The notes: generated from the sequence alone by a model not told the origin. 63,787 nt of DNA, filler included, from Globobulimina sp. (GCA_003354225.1; 53 parts of 53 records of this genome joined end to end with filler, not necessarily neighbours in it), one strand, 5' to 3'; positions 1 to 11,429 are shown, counted from the first letter of the whole stretch. Numbers and translations: made by a program.

Positions 1-1051
1 AGAAATTATTTTGCGAGAAAGTGAATTTTATGAAGACAGCGATGATGAAAGCAGCGATGATGAAGAATACGAGGACGATGCAGCAGATTCAGATTTTGTT
101 ATTTTGCAGAAAAAGAAGCCGGTTTACGCCCCTCCGGCAAAGAAAAAAAGAAAACAGATCAAGAAAAAAGTGGTGAAGGCGACGACGAAGAAACCCCGTA
201 AATTATTAAAGAAAAAGAAGAAAAAAAGAAAAGTCAGTGTTAAGAAGGCGAATAAAATGGGTATGATTTTGTATTTTTTCAGTTTGAAACTGTTTCTATT
301 GTTTCAGTTTCAAACTGATTTTATTTTTGTGTCAAACGTCTTTCAGTTTGAAACTATAAAAATGCGCATAATCGCATATAAAATAAATACAATATACAGC
401 AAAGATCGACGAATTGAGATTGGATTTGATGAATCCAAAGGCGGTGGGTCCAGCGGAGAAGAATATGGGTATCACAATTATCGAGTTATTGGCAAAGTAC
501 ATCAAAATGAGGCCGTTTGCGCGCGAAGTAATCATTAAAATGCGTGAGATTCAGCAGAAGAAAGGGCAGTTATTTGGGCAATACAGTGAAGTAAATGGTG
601 GATATCATTGTCGATATACACCGCCAGAGAATGGGGTGTTATATTCGGCGTTGTGTTGGTTTGGACGATGGGGTCATTATGTGGGGAGCGATATGGATCG
701 TAACGTCTCCTCGGCGTCGAACGTGCATATTTTGTGTCGGACATATCATTGTTTGATACGCATTGAAAGTATGTTTTGTTTCAGTTTCAAACTGAATTTA
801 ATTTTTTCAGTTTGAAACTGTAAAATTTGCGAACATTTTTTGATTCAGTTTGAAACTGAATTTTTTTTTTGTATACACAGATTTAGATAATATATATTTG
901 GATTTAATTAGAAAGCGAGAGCCGTCATCGTTGGCGAAACGGATCAAAGCGATATGTGGCTATCATGGCAGCGATGCAGTCACCATTTTGACGCAAGGGC
1001 AATTATCGAAAATGGGATACAACAAAGAGATTAAAGTGGCATCTTCAAGTT
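1..1051 (+). CDS. Spliced hypothetical protein, partial (acidic then Lys-rich N-terminus); exons <1-260, 400-768, 881-1051>
   Basis: GT-AG introns 261-399 and 769-880, plus a donor at 1052, join ORFs 11-, 414- and 850- in one continuous frame; all three are phase 1. Confidence 0.8.
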
Positions 1052-1106
1052 GTATGTGCTTTTTTTATTTTTCAGTTTGAAACTGAATTTTTTGAGTTTG
1101 AAATTG
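278..1106. repeat. Intron-restricted 17-bp palindrome TTCAGTTT(G/C)AAACTGAA, about 8 copies
   Basis: Copies near 278, 303, 342, 779, 806, 844, 1071 and a degenerate one near 1092; none seen in exons. Confidence 0.9.
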
Positions 1107-1206
1107 NNNNNNNNNNNNNNNNNNNNNNNNNNNNNNNNNNNNNNNNNNNNTTAATTAATTAANNNNNNNNNNNNNNNNNNNNNNNNNNNNNNNNNNNNNN
1201 NNNNNN
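1107..1206. other. Artificial contig linker (N44-TTAATTAATTAA-N44), repeated about every 1205 bp through the window
   Basis: Identical 100-nt spacer with stops in all six frames recurs between ~1.1 kb segments; composition changes abruptly across it. Confidence 0.99.
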
Positions 1207-1409
1207 CCCCACCTTATGGAGTATGGAATTCCATTGTTTTTGGCATAATTTAGATTCCCATCTGTTAAAAATATCCCCCAAAACCATGCATGTTCATGTG
1301 ATACCAAACCGTTTTCTAAGAATGAATGGTTAATACAATACTTTTGATTGTTTCTCACTGCAATGTAACAAATCATGATTGTCTTTTTGATGACACCACA
1401 ACGGAACAT
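1207..1409 (-). CDS. LAGLIDADG homing-endonuclease-like protein, N-terminal fragment
   Basis: KYCINHSFL...HEHAWFWGIFLTDGNL matches the Y-x-x-N-x-x-F...AYxxGxxxxDGxI first helix of LAGLIDADG endonucleases; runs off the contig edge. Confidence 0.6.
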
Positions 1410-1463
1410 TCAAATCTATGGTGAAAAACTTTTCGAAATACGAATTTTATAACACATTGAACA

Positions 1464-2312
1464 ATGTTCAGAGCCAGTTTATCACCAAACACAATTTGTC
1501 TGTCAACACGAATAAAATTGCTTGTTGCTTATAGGGAAATGAAACAAATGCGCTGCAACCGGATAATATTAACAATGTTTATTCTATTAATAATAACCAT
1601 ATTGTATATTTATTCAGTATCATCGTCAACATTTACTGAGAGAATGATAATAATACACAAATATTTATTTATGAATGGTAACTTACATTATGAATCAGAA
1701 TGGATATCATTAATAGGCTATATATCCTCATGTGATGTTCATGAAAACATTGAGTATTCGGGAATATTTGATTCCGGTTCATCAGTAATACACAATAGAA
1801 ATGCATTTAGCAATATAAAAAACGGAGATTTAGTATGTTTAACCGGTGATCAATTAACAAATGATTTTGCTCCAAATTTTTTACCATTATATTCCAATAC
1901 AAATATATATTTCATAATATTTACATGGATACGGCCACGTTCATTTCCTTCAGAATTAAACAATAACATAATTGATCAGTTATTATCAAATAAACATATT
2001 TTACATATTTACTGCGTTGATTATGTATCACAGCCATCATTAAAACAGAAATATAATCACAAAATAAGTGGCATTCCCATTGGTATTGATTATCATAATA
2101 AAATATATAAATTCAAATATGGAAAACCGTCACATCCGTTGAAGCAAGAACGCATTTTTAATAAATATATTTCAGATACCTTATTATCTGAAAATTATAA
2201 TAAAAGGCAATTGAAAATATTCCGAGATGACATGTCAAATTTACGTATTTTAGCGTGGCAATCACAGAGTGAACAAATGATTAATAAATATTTGAAATAT
2301 ATACAAACTGAA
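1464..2312 (+). CDS. Type II membrane protein, possible glycosyltransferase-like, partial
   Basis: N-terminal signal anchor (IILTMFILLIITILYIY) and KISGIPIGIDYH motif; true start may be a later ATG. Confidence 0.45.
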
Positions 2313-2412
2313 NNNNNNNNNNNNNNNNNNNNNNNNNNNNNNNNNNNNNNNNNNNNTTAATTAATTAANNNNNNNNNNNNNNNNNNNNNNNNNNNNNNNN
2401 NNNNNNNNNNNN

Positions 2413-2867
2413 CGGATTATACTTTTTGTGCAAGGCTTATTCGCATCTATGAAATCCCGACCGAAATCCCCTTAGGGGTCTTTGAAACTACTGAATTCCG
2501 TTTTTATATTGAACATAGGGATATTTCCACGCTTAAGTGTGGTTCTAAGTATTTTGGGGCTGGAACACTCTTGCTGGATTATTACATTTGGACTGAATTT
2601 CTTGAATCTTACGCTGACCCACCGGACCTTTTTTTCAACTTAAGCGTTACTCAAATACAACGTGTGGGAATCCCTGAGCGGTTTATCCACAGAAGAGATG
2701 ACGGGAAATCAATGCCGATTCGCGTTTCGAAGTCTGAACTTACTGAACACGATATCTCAGAGGTTAAGAAAATTCATAACAAATACGGAGATGAGGTATT
2801 TTACGTGTTGAATTTTGATGGGACTGGTATGGTGGCCAAGTCGGTTCCGTTGACCTTCATTCAATGA
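2413..2867 (+). CDS. Bacterial integron cassette ORF 1, hypothetical, 5'-partial
   Basis: Frame open from 2415 to TGA 2867, intronless, higher GC; followed 13 bp later by an attC site. Confidence 0.75.
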
Positions 2868-2880
2868 TGGGAATTTGAGC

Positions 2881-2966
2881 GCCCAACAAATCACTTGTGC
2901 TTACCGGGACAGCGCAGTCGAAATAGCCAAGCTTTGTGGCCGGAAAGCACAGCTCCAGAGTTAGCC
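2881..2966 (+). mobile_element. Integron attC recombination site (~86 bp)
   Basis: R'' GCCCAAC (RYYYAAC), 5-nt spacer AAATC, L'' ACTTGTGC pairing with L' GCACAG with one extrahelical T, internal CCGG/CCGG stem, R' GTTAGCC at 2960-2966; lies between two co-oriented ORFs. Confidence 0.8.
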
Positions 2967-2984
2967 TACGGATATATTAGACAA

Positions 2985-3413
2985 GTGAAAATTCAAACTG
3001 TTCCAAAAACAGCATGGGCAACAATCGCTTTTCTGTTTTATGTCATTGTGGCTCTATTCGGTGGCGTTGTTTCAAGGCGTTTAGATCCAAACTGGGATTC
3101 AATGGCTGATGTACGGCTTGAGTATGATCTGTTTTTTGGCGGTGGGCTTTCTTTGCTATGTATTTTTGTTATTACTGGCCTCCTGCTGAACAAAAATTGG
3201 GGAAGGGTTTTTGCTGTATCTGTTTGCGGCATCCTATTTTTTTCAAACTTCATTCTTAGGTTAGCAGTTTATTTGTTCTTCTTTGTTACATCCGATCAAA
3301 GTATAATTGCAATCGACCCAGATGCTATAGTAATATCAATAATTAGTTTAACGTTACTAATTTTGCTTAATAGGCCAAGTTTCAGGAAATTATATGAGAC
3401 AACAAATGTTTAA
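2985..3413 (+). CDS. Bacterial integron cassette ORF 2, small 4-TM membrane protein
   Basis: In-frame GTG just after the attC (the ORF-track start at 2895 lies inside the attC); four hydrophobic segments; TAA followed by a second attC R'' half-site. Confidence 0.75.
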   Translation: MKIQTVPKTAWATIAFLFYVIVALFGGVVSRRLDPNWDSMADVRLEYDLFFGGGLSLLCIFVITGLLLNKNWGRVFAVSVCGILFFSNFILRLAVYLFFFVTSDQSIIAIDPDAIVISIISLTLLILLNRPSFRKLYETTNV

Positions 3414-3421
3414 ACCGGCTA

Positions 3422-3518
3422 ATTGGGTAGCCGGGGGTTTTTCTCCCCCAGCCCCCACACCACCCCACAAGCGGGTCCGCATAGGGCGGTTCATCAAGAT
3501 TGCCGAGCCGTAGCCGGG
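3422..3518 (-). mobile_element. Group IIC (attC-targeting) intron, 3' end: last codons of the intron-encoded ORF, domain V and domain VI
   Basis: Minus strand reads ...PATARQS-stop, then GAACCGCCCTATGCGGACCCGCTTGTGGGGTGGTGTGGGGG (short DV, CGC triad) and DVI GCTGGGGGAGAAAAACCCCCGGCTACCCAAT with bulged A and AT end; 3' exon begins TAGCC. Confidence 0.9.
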
Positions 3519-3618
3519 NNNNNNNNNNNNNNNNNNNNNNNNNNNNNNNNNNNNNNNNNNNNTTAATTAATTAANNNNNNNNNNNNNNNNNNNNNNNNNN
3601 NNNNNNNNNNNNNNNNNN

Positions 3619-4724
3619 ATCTCCTGACTGTGCCATAAATTTATATAAATGATCATTAGTTTGATCATACGAATTAACCGTAGTTTGTCGTTGATTTGAC
3701 GTTAGCTCTTTATTTGAATAACTATCACCAGTCGGTGTCTTATATGTGATGGCTAAGATAGCGCTTAAAAAGGACAAAATCGTCATTACGATAGTTACAT
3801 CTCTCCACGAATTGGCCTTGTCATTGTGGAGTGCATTGGATATGAATAAGAATGCAATGGCCGCCGGGATTTGCGCCAATAACAAACAGCCAATGATGAT
3901 GCCCGAATACGTATATCCGAACGTATTACTTACCACTTTCGGATAAAACGAGTATGAGCCACCGATGCACGCAAAAAGTATGGCATACCACCAAATAATC
4001 ATTATCTTGGCATTGAGCGAGCAAAATGGCAACGTTCCCATGAATATGGTTAAACCCATTGTCATCGTTCCCATCGAGATCGAAAAGGATTTGTTCCAAT
4101 CATAGTACACACCCCATATTATACGGAATAATCCATTGCAAAACGCAGAGACTGAGCCTACGAATGACGCAAAATAATCATCATCAATGTCCAAATAATC
4201 ATTCATAAACAGTTTCCACTCCGTGGTGATAAATAGAAACACAATAATGTTCAGCACCGATATCGCAAATAATTGCCAAAACTTATAAGTAAAAAACGCT
4301 TCCGACGCTTTGTATACATTGCCGCTGTAATCCTGCAGTGCATTCTGTTGCTGATAAACAAAGATGTCATCAACACTCACATTGCTATGATGCGCGTCGT
4401 TATGCTTATTACTGCCAACATTCACGTACCGGATGCTCGCGACTGACGTATTCCGTGCCTCTCGTTTCCCGCTTCCAGACGCATTATTATACCAAATGTA
4501 GGATGTCATGTCGATATTGGACGACATGAGCAGCACTCCCAAGATCTGCATCGTCATAAACACCGACGCAATGAACAGAAACATCTGCGGCACACGTTCT
4601 AAGACCTCCGCGTCTTTCAGAAAACCAATGTCTGCGTCATCGCGTATATTGTTTGGATTCACATATAACGTCAGAATCACATCAAATATGAAGGCGCCAA
4701 AGCCAAATCCGGCATAAATAAAAC
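3619..4724 (-). CDS. MFS transporter, oxalate:formate antiporter (OFA)-like, partial
   Basis: AGFGFGAFIF, FCNGLFRIIWG, GGSYSFYP motifs; multiple TM helices. Confidence 0.8.
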
Positions 4725-5142
4725 NNNNNNNNNNNNNNNNNNNNNNNNNNNNNNNNNNNNNNNNNNNNTTAATTAATTAANNNNNNNNNNNNNNNNNNNN
4801 NNNNNNNNNNNNNNNNNNNNNNNNGAAACCACTGGGGGTTGAAAATATTGCACTATTAAATGCAAACTGTTGTTATTTTTCATCGGCGCGTATAGTTTCT
4901 TAATAGAAACCCATAAAACTGGTTGTCAGCAACAACTCCCGTGCTGTTTAATATTGATGCCAGAAAAAGAAAACAAAACTAAAATAGACAGAGCATAATA
5001 GCTAATCGCCAAACAACGCCATAAACCATTCCTCCTATCACATGGGGACTTGACAAATTTAACTGCTTGTGTAGCAAACTAATGTAAACTGCCGTGCATG
5101 ATAAATTTTATGTTTAAAAAAACTTTTACTAGCACTTTTAAC

Positions 5143-5930
5143 ATGGCAGCACCCAAAGCGAAGTTCAACCTGCAAGACGAAGGTTTGAATGGTTGGGGGT
5201 TTAATATAGATTTCGAAGAATGGATCATCAAGTAATAATGCAATATATTGAGATTTTAGATGAAGATTTTTACGATGACTATGAAGAAAGATTTGAGCGA
5301 CAAAGCATAACAGGAAAGCATTTTACAAGAAAGCAACTCGGAAATAGTCAATGGTGTCGGAACACATTGGGTATGGATGGACAAACGGCAAATTCATTTG
5401 CAACAATTGTCAGACAGAGAATCACAAAATATGAGAATAGTATGCGTAATAAAGATGGATATCATCAGACGTATAGAAAGACACCATACGCCCCACGATA
5501 TCCAACGGATAGTAAGTCACCATACGCCCCAAAAGATGTAAGTTATATTTTCCATCCATATGTACGTTGCAATTTCTATATATTATATACTGTTTTTATA
5601 CATACAACCAGAAATTGTGAGTTTGAGAAAAGAATTGTTTAAAGTGAAGGAGAATAATAATGTGTTAAAAGCACAAAATACATCATTGAATGTGTTAATT
5701 AATAGTACATTGGATGAAGCAAAGAAATTCCGCCAAGATAATAAACAAAGAAATAATTATTTATGTTCAGAGATAACAACATTGAAACAACGAATAAATA
5801 CTTTGGAGGACGAGAGGAAGGAATTTGAAATGACAATAAATAAATTAAAAGCAGAAAATGAGGAATTGAAAATACAATCAATTGATGAATTGAAATATAA
5901 GGAATGGAATTATCAAGATATTTTATTTTG
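5143..5930 (+). CDS. Spliced SAM-like/coiled-coil protein, partial
   Basis: ATG ~5143, introns ~5183-5209 and ~5538-5611; EEWDHQVIMQYI SAM-like start, coiled coil, second SAM-like start KYKEWNYQDILF. Confidence 0.6.
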
Positions 5931-6030
5931 NNNNNNNNNNNNNNNNNNNNNNNNNNNNNNNNNNNNNNNNNNNNTTAATTAATTAANNNNNNNNNNNNNN
6001 NNNNNNNNNNNNNNNNNNNNNNNNNNNNNN

Positions 6031-7136
6031 GTTTTACACAATGAATTTGAATTTAAAACACATAATTTTGTCTCGATTGATTTATTAGACTCAATCCATT
6101 GTCATTTAATACATTTATTTGATATTGGTTTCCGTATAAAATCAAGTGATTTATATAATGATAATATCATTGAAAATGATGAGAAATCACAACATATCAA
6201 TTTGGATAAATTACGCAAAATTACATCACCAAAACAACAGCGTATTATAGAAACACGTGGTTATAATCGCATTCATGTAAATAAATTCAAAACAGACACA
6301 AATAAAAAACAGGCAAATGGTAAGAAATTGTATAAAGCAGTTAGCATTGGTTTGGATGAAGAAGAAATAAAAGAAATTAATGATAATAATATTGCAGCAA
6401 AAGACGAAAAAGAAAATATGTCACAAAATGTACATAGATTTGGTTATAAAACACCACATTCAAATGCTGTAACACCCAAATATTCAGATTTAAAAACGGA
6501 AATATTAAATAATAATATATTTGCGTTTGGCATTGATATTTATAATGAGATTGTATTGAAAGCAGAATATAAATTGCAATGTGATATGGCATTGCATTTG
6601 CGATCATGTTCAGATGAATCCGATATCGATACGTTATTAGTCGAGAATATCATCGTTTTATTATTGTACATTGATTATGACATATTTCGCAATAAATATT
6701 TTAATTTAATTAAATGTCGAATGAATAAATTAACTGAATTTTACAATTTCCATTTTGGATTACAAAATACAGTCAATTTGTATGGTACAAATGTGAGTGC
6801 GCGGCATAATAAATATAATAATTTATATAATCACAGTAAAATGCAGAGATTTTATCATTATCATAATACAATGGTTGCATTCGAAGGAATAAAATGCGAA
6901 TTTTTAAATGTGATATCAATGTGCGGCAATATTGCACCCGTTGCTTTATATAATATTAATAATAATATTGAGAATGACGCTGGTATGATATTAGAATTTG
7001 CGCCATTTGAGCTGGAATGCAAATATTTTATGTGTGCCTGGTTAAGTTCTGTTGGCGGTGAAGATGAGAGATTATTTATGGATAAATCGGGCGGATTACA
7101 ATTAACAAATATATTAATAAATGAAATAAATATAAA
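6031..7136 (+). CDS. Hypothetical protein of an expanded host family, partial
   Basis: Frame open across the whole contig; LLDSIHCHLIHLFDIGFR motif shared with 57051-57659. Confidence 0.7.
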
Positions 7137-7236
7137 NNNNNNNNNNNNNNNNNNNNNNNNNNNNNNNNNNNNNNNNNNNNTTAATTAATTAANNNNNNNN
7201 NNNNNNNNNNNNNNNNNNNNNNNNNNNNNNNNNNNN

Positions 7237-7899
7237 TTAAATTCTGATCAGAATTTCAAAAAACAAATCAAAGCAACATATTCAAACATGATCGGTTCAA
7301 TGATTAATAGCGAAATAACAGAACGCAAGCGATCTCGCTTTGTGGATTTAACATTAAACAATAAAACGTATTTAAATAAAGATGTGTTACAATATTTGGA
7401 AATTGCTGACCATGCAATTAAAATTTCAGCATTTGATTGTGTTACATTAAAAGGTAATAATTTAGATTCATTGAAAAAGTTTTTATTTGATGGTATTGGA
7501 TCATTATCAATCGCTGATAATAAGTTTAGACGGTTAGATGCTGAAACATTTGGTATGCCATTCGCTTTGGAGTTAGTTGATGTTTCTAATAATCCAATTC
7601 AAGGAGTTATTGATTTCAATGCTTGCAATTCCACTCTTACAATGCCAGAGTACTTTTCTATGAAAGGATGTAAATTTGTAACAAGACTCGCAAACATACC
7701 CAATACATTACAAGAGCTTATCATTATTGATTCAGGGATTACATCGCCAAATCAATTAGAATTTGAGGATGGCATTGGATTAAAAGTTATTATGACAAAT
7801 CGTAATCAAACAAAAGAGTGGGAAACGTTTTTAAGTCAAAATAGGAAACGTTTTTCCGTCAAAACAGAGGTTGATAATGATGAAGTTTATATCCATTGA
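7237..7899 (+). CDS. Leucine-rich repeat protein, C-terminal part
   Basis: LxxLxLxxNxL-like repeats (VTLKGNNLDSL, LSIADNKFRRL, VDVSNNPIQG). Confidence 0.65.
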   Translation, partial: LNSDQNFKKQIKATYSNMIGSMINSEITERKRSRFVDLTLNNKTYLNKDVLQYLEIADHAIKISAFDCVTLKGNNLDSLKKFLFDGIGSLSIADNKFRRLDAETFGMPFALELVDVSNNPIQGVIDFNACNSTLTMPEYFSMKGCKFVTRLANIPNTLQELIIIDSGITSPNQLEFEDGIGLKVIMTNRNQTKEWETFLSQNRKRFSVKTEVDNDEVYIH

Positions 7900-8444
7900 T
7901 CAATATTTGTATTTCAATGGCTAAAGATCAGTGACTCTCAATTAATAGTTCTTAAATAAATACATTCTCACTTTCAGCATGAATTTTATTTTTTCATCAT
8001 TTGAATTATTGACATTATTTATTTATAAATTCTTTGTCATTTGAGTGTGCAGAAGAAAGTTTTGTGGAAATGTTTTTTAATTTTTTTGGAACAATGGTGT
8101 TACCAGTACCGTGTCTGCAATCACATCACAAATCCAATGAACAAAAGTAAACATACAACAGTCGCGATTCGCAATGTTGTTAATTTTAATTTATTTTAGC
8201 AAATAACTAAAGATGTTGCATTCAATTCAATTTCCAGTCTTTGTTTTGTTTAATTAGTGCAATTAATGATATGTGGTGCAATTAGTAAGGAAAATATCAA
8301 ACCAAAAAACTAGACTGGAATAATGGTATTTACGTTGTAGCCNNNNNNNNNNNNNNNNNNNNNNNNNNNNNNNNNNNNNNNNNNNNTTAATTAATTAANN
8401 NNNNNNNNNNNNNNNNNNNNNNNNNNNNNNNNNNNNNNNNNNAA

Positions 8445-9365
8445 ACTGAATACATTCATGTTGCATGACACTCCCTATACATTGCTGACGTTAACCAATT
8501 TAAATATGAAACATTGAATGAAACAATAACCACTGTCTTTAAAATGAAGATAGTTTCGCTATTTATATGGAGTATTGTTGGTTGCTCAGATGCTGCTGAT
8601 CAGGATTCAGATGAATATAAGAAATTATTATTCAAATGGTGCGATACAAAAAAGATATTAAATGTTATTATAAAAAGTCAACAATATGAGTTTGGAGATG
8701 ATACAAAATGGGACGAAGGGATATCAAATGACTATCACATTGAAACATTTCAAGAGAAAATATCCCATATTCCAATATTATACACACAGATTGATAGTGG
8801 TATACGCGGAGGGAATTTGAATTTAGCATTTGATACTGGTCTGGATAATACCTGGAAATTTAAACCGAAAGAATCATCGATTATTGTTTTCCCAAACATG
8901 CATCATAAAATTGATAAAATATCGGTTTGGAAATGGAATAAATATAAACCATTAAAAACAAAACAGAAAAGAAGAATTTTGTGCTTTTTTTTATGTTCAA
9001 ATGAATATTTTGCATCGACGACAGCCTGCACTGCATTGACATTTAAAGGCGAAGAGGAGTGCATATATCAAGAACGAGAGAATGTAAATAGACGCATTCA
9101 AATATTATCACAGTTACCATTATTGAGCACAAATGATGCATTGCCATTTGATAAACAACATTGCAATCAATTATTAACTGACATCTTAAACAAAATATGG
9201 AAAGACATTCCAAAAGCTATCTCATTGATTATTAGAGATTATATTTTGGACAATAAATTGCTACGAAATGAGACTGAAATGGAAATGAATGCGCGTGTGG
9301 TGCTTGAACCACGATCCCGTTGTTTGACTACTAAAGTTTTTGATTTCTTACATTGTTCTAACTAA
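8445..9365 (+). CDS. 2OG-Fe(II) oxygenase-like (DUF4246-type) protein, possibly disrupted
   Basis: HIE, GGNL, IIVFPNMHHKI and RRILCFFL resemble DSBH oxygenase motifs; in-frame TGA at 8466-8468 upstream. Confidence 0.5.
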
Positions 9366-9649
9366 AACTTGTGCTTCACCATTTAAACAATACTCACTTT
9401 ACACAAGACTACTGAGACAATATTACAATTGGAGGGTGTGACTCGCTTTCGACAAAGGCGGAAACAGTTATATATATATTTAAAGGGTCCTTTACATATT
9501 TGTATAATACGTGAGCACTGGTCGTCAGCTCTGCTATCATGCATCACTNNNNNNNNNNNNNNNNNNNNNNNNNNNNNNNNNNNNNNNNNNNNTTAATTAA
9601 TTAANNNNNNNNNNNNNNNNNNNNNNNNNNNNNNNNNNNNNNNNNNNNA

Positions 9650-10237
9650 AACACCATAAGAGATACAAACAGAAATAGAATATCCTGGGAATGGCTGCTT
9701 TATCCCAAGGACAAAGGAGACATTGTCGCTGAAACTGATTCTTCGGGCAAGTTTGGAATGGGAGGTTTAGAGAAAAAGGACGGAGGAATATGTTTTATGG
9801 TGAGATATGAAGATATTATTGGTTGGGACACACAAAATGAACCAGACATAGTATGGAAAGAGCTTTGTGCAGTTTATATAATCAACAAACTACAAAGCAA
9901 GGAATGGGCCAATAAAGCAATTCTAATAAAAGTCGACAACAAAGCCGTCGAACACATACTGATAAAGAAAAAGGCCTGTTTTGAAAGGAAGGATTTGCAA
10001 GTTTTAGTTAGGAAAATATGCAAAGAATTAATGCACTCAAACTACTATGAATGGGTGAATTGGTTATCAACAAAAGCAAATATTTACGCTGACGGGCTAT
10101 CAAGAGGCGATTGGACAGTTTTGGATAAGTTAACTTACGATTTGGTACATGCCTTGGTACATGCCCAGGAAGCGATGAGGCCTTGGTACATGCCCAGGAA
10201 GCATGGAATCTGTACAAGGATGCACGAAAACGAATGA
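9650..10237 (+). mobile_element. DIRS-type retrotransposon RNase H domain
   Basis: Catalytic motifs ETDSSG, WKELCAV, KVDNKAV, NIYADGLSR in an open frame. Confidence 0.85.
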
Positions 10238-10854
10238 TTCGGAATAATAATGACTTGAAAAGATGCAATTGCAAAAATAAATGGATTTGCGACGACCAAA
10301 TGCTTTATCCCAAGTGGGGAAATAATAAAAATAACCATCAATCCCATCATTGTTGGGAATGATAAATAACTCATTGTTTGATCATAATATTTAATTCGAA
10401 CGCAAATAACTGATAAATGTTTCAATAAAAACTCATTTTCAACGCAAATAAATTGATCATTGTTTGAATAAACTATATCGAACAAATAAATCTCTTTTCG
10501 ATCACTGCAACTGATTAAAACATACATTATCACATAAATAAAACACCATAACGACAAATAAGCAAATACTATAATAGCTGTTTTGAGTGCAAACGAAAGT
10601 GCCATTGAAAAAACAGTTTTTGCAAAAACAAACTAACTTTTATTTTGAAAAAAGCACTCTAAGATGGAAAGAAAGACCAAAAAAGAGAATTTATATTGGT
10701 TACCAGAGGCAACATTATCGGAATTGGCCGAGAAAAAGTTCACAGGCAGAAACGNNNNNNNNNNNNNNNNNNNNNNNNNNNNNNNNNNNNNNNNNNNNTT
10801 AATTAATTAANNNNNNNNNNNNNNNNNNNNNNNNNNNNNNNNNNNNNNNNNNNN

Positions 10855-11429
10855 ATTATTTGTAATGATTCGAGCTGTCTTCGAATGCTCCAAAATATAA
10901 TCTGAATCAGGAAAAATAGAGCGAGCAAAGCAAGCAAATAAAAGGAGAAGCCATGCGATATGCAACTAATAATATATTCCACTATCATATTCATGTAAAA
11001 TACTAAGGATAAATACAGAGCAATGATGCCACAGCATAATGACCAAAATTGTAATGCTAATACGAAATATTCAGCAATTGTTCGATGACGGAATAATTTG
11101 CTCCAAAACGAGATTTCATTCTCGCCAAAGTATGTGGCCTTCTTTTCGATGATCAAAGGTATTTTGTCTTGTTGTTTTTCGTCATTATCGTACGAATCAT
11201 CATTATTTTTTATTGTGGATGTATCGATGAAATAAAATGATGGATAAATACGACCAAATAAACAACTTTGCTTTTGATTATTATGATCATATTGATTGGG
11301 TTTTGGGATTTGTTTTGAAACAAAGTGTAATATGAAAAATATAATTATGTCGGAAGCAATAGTAATTATCGAAAAAATAGCTATGATTAATCTGGATGCT
11401 TCTGCGTCATTATAAGAATGGTCGGACAT
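10855..11429 (-). CDS. Hypothetical multi-pass membrane protein, partial
   Basis: ATG-initiated ORF with at least 3 hydrophobic helices. Confidence 0.6.

Noticed and set aside
2895-2984. N-terminal extension of ORF 2895-3413
   Set aside because: It runs through the attC hairpin; GTG 2985 is the more plausible start
8466-8468. In-frame TGA as a second selenocysteine or a code reassignment
   Set aside because: No redox motif or Cys-homolog context; TGA terminates other genes here (e.g. 7899, 26860), so a premature stop or exon boundary is more likely
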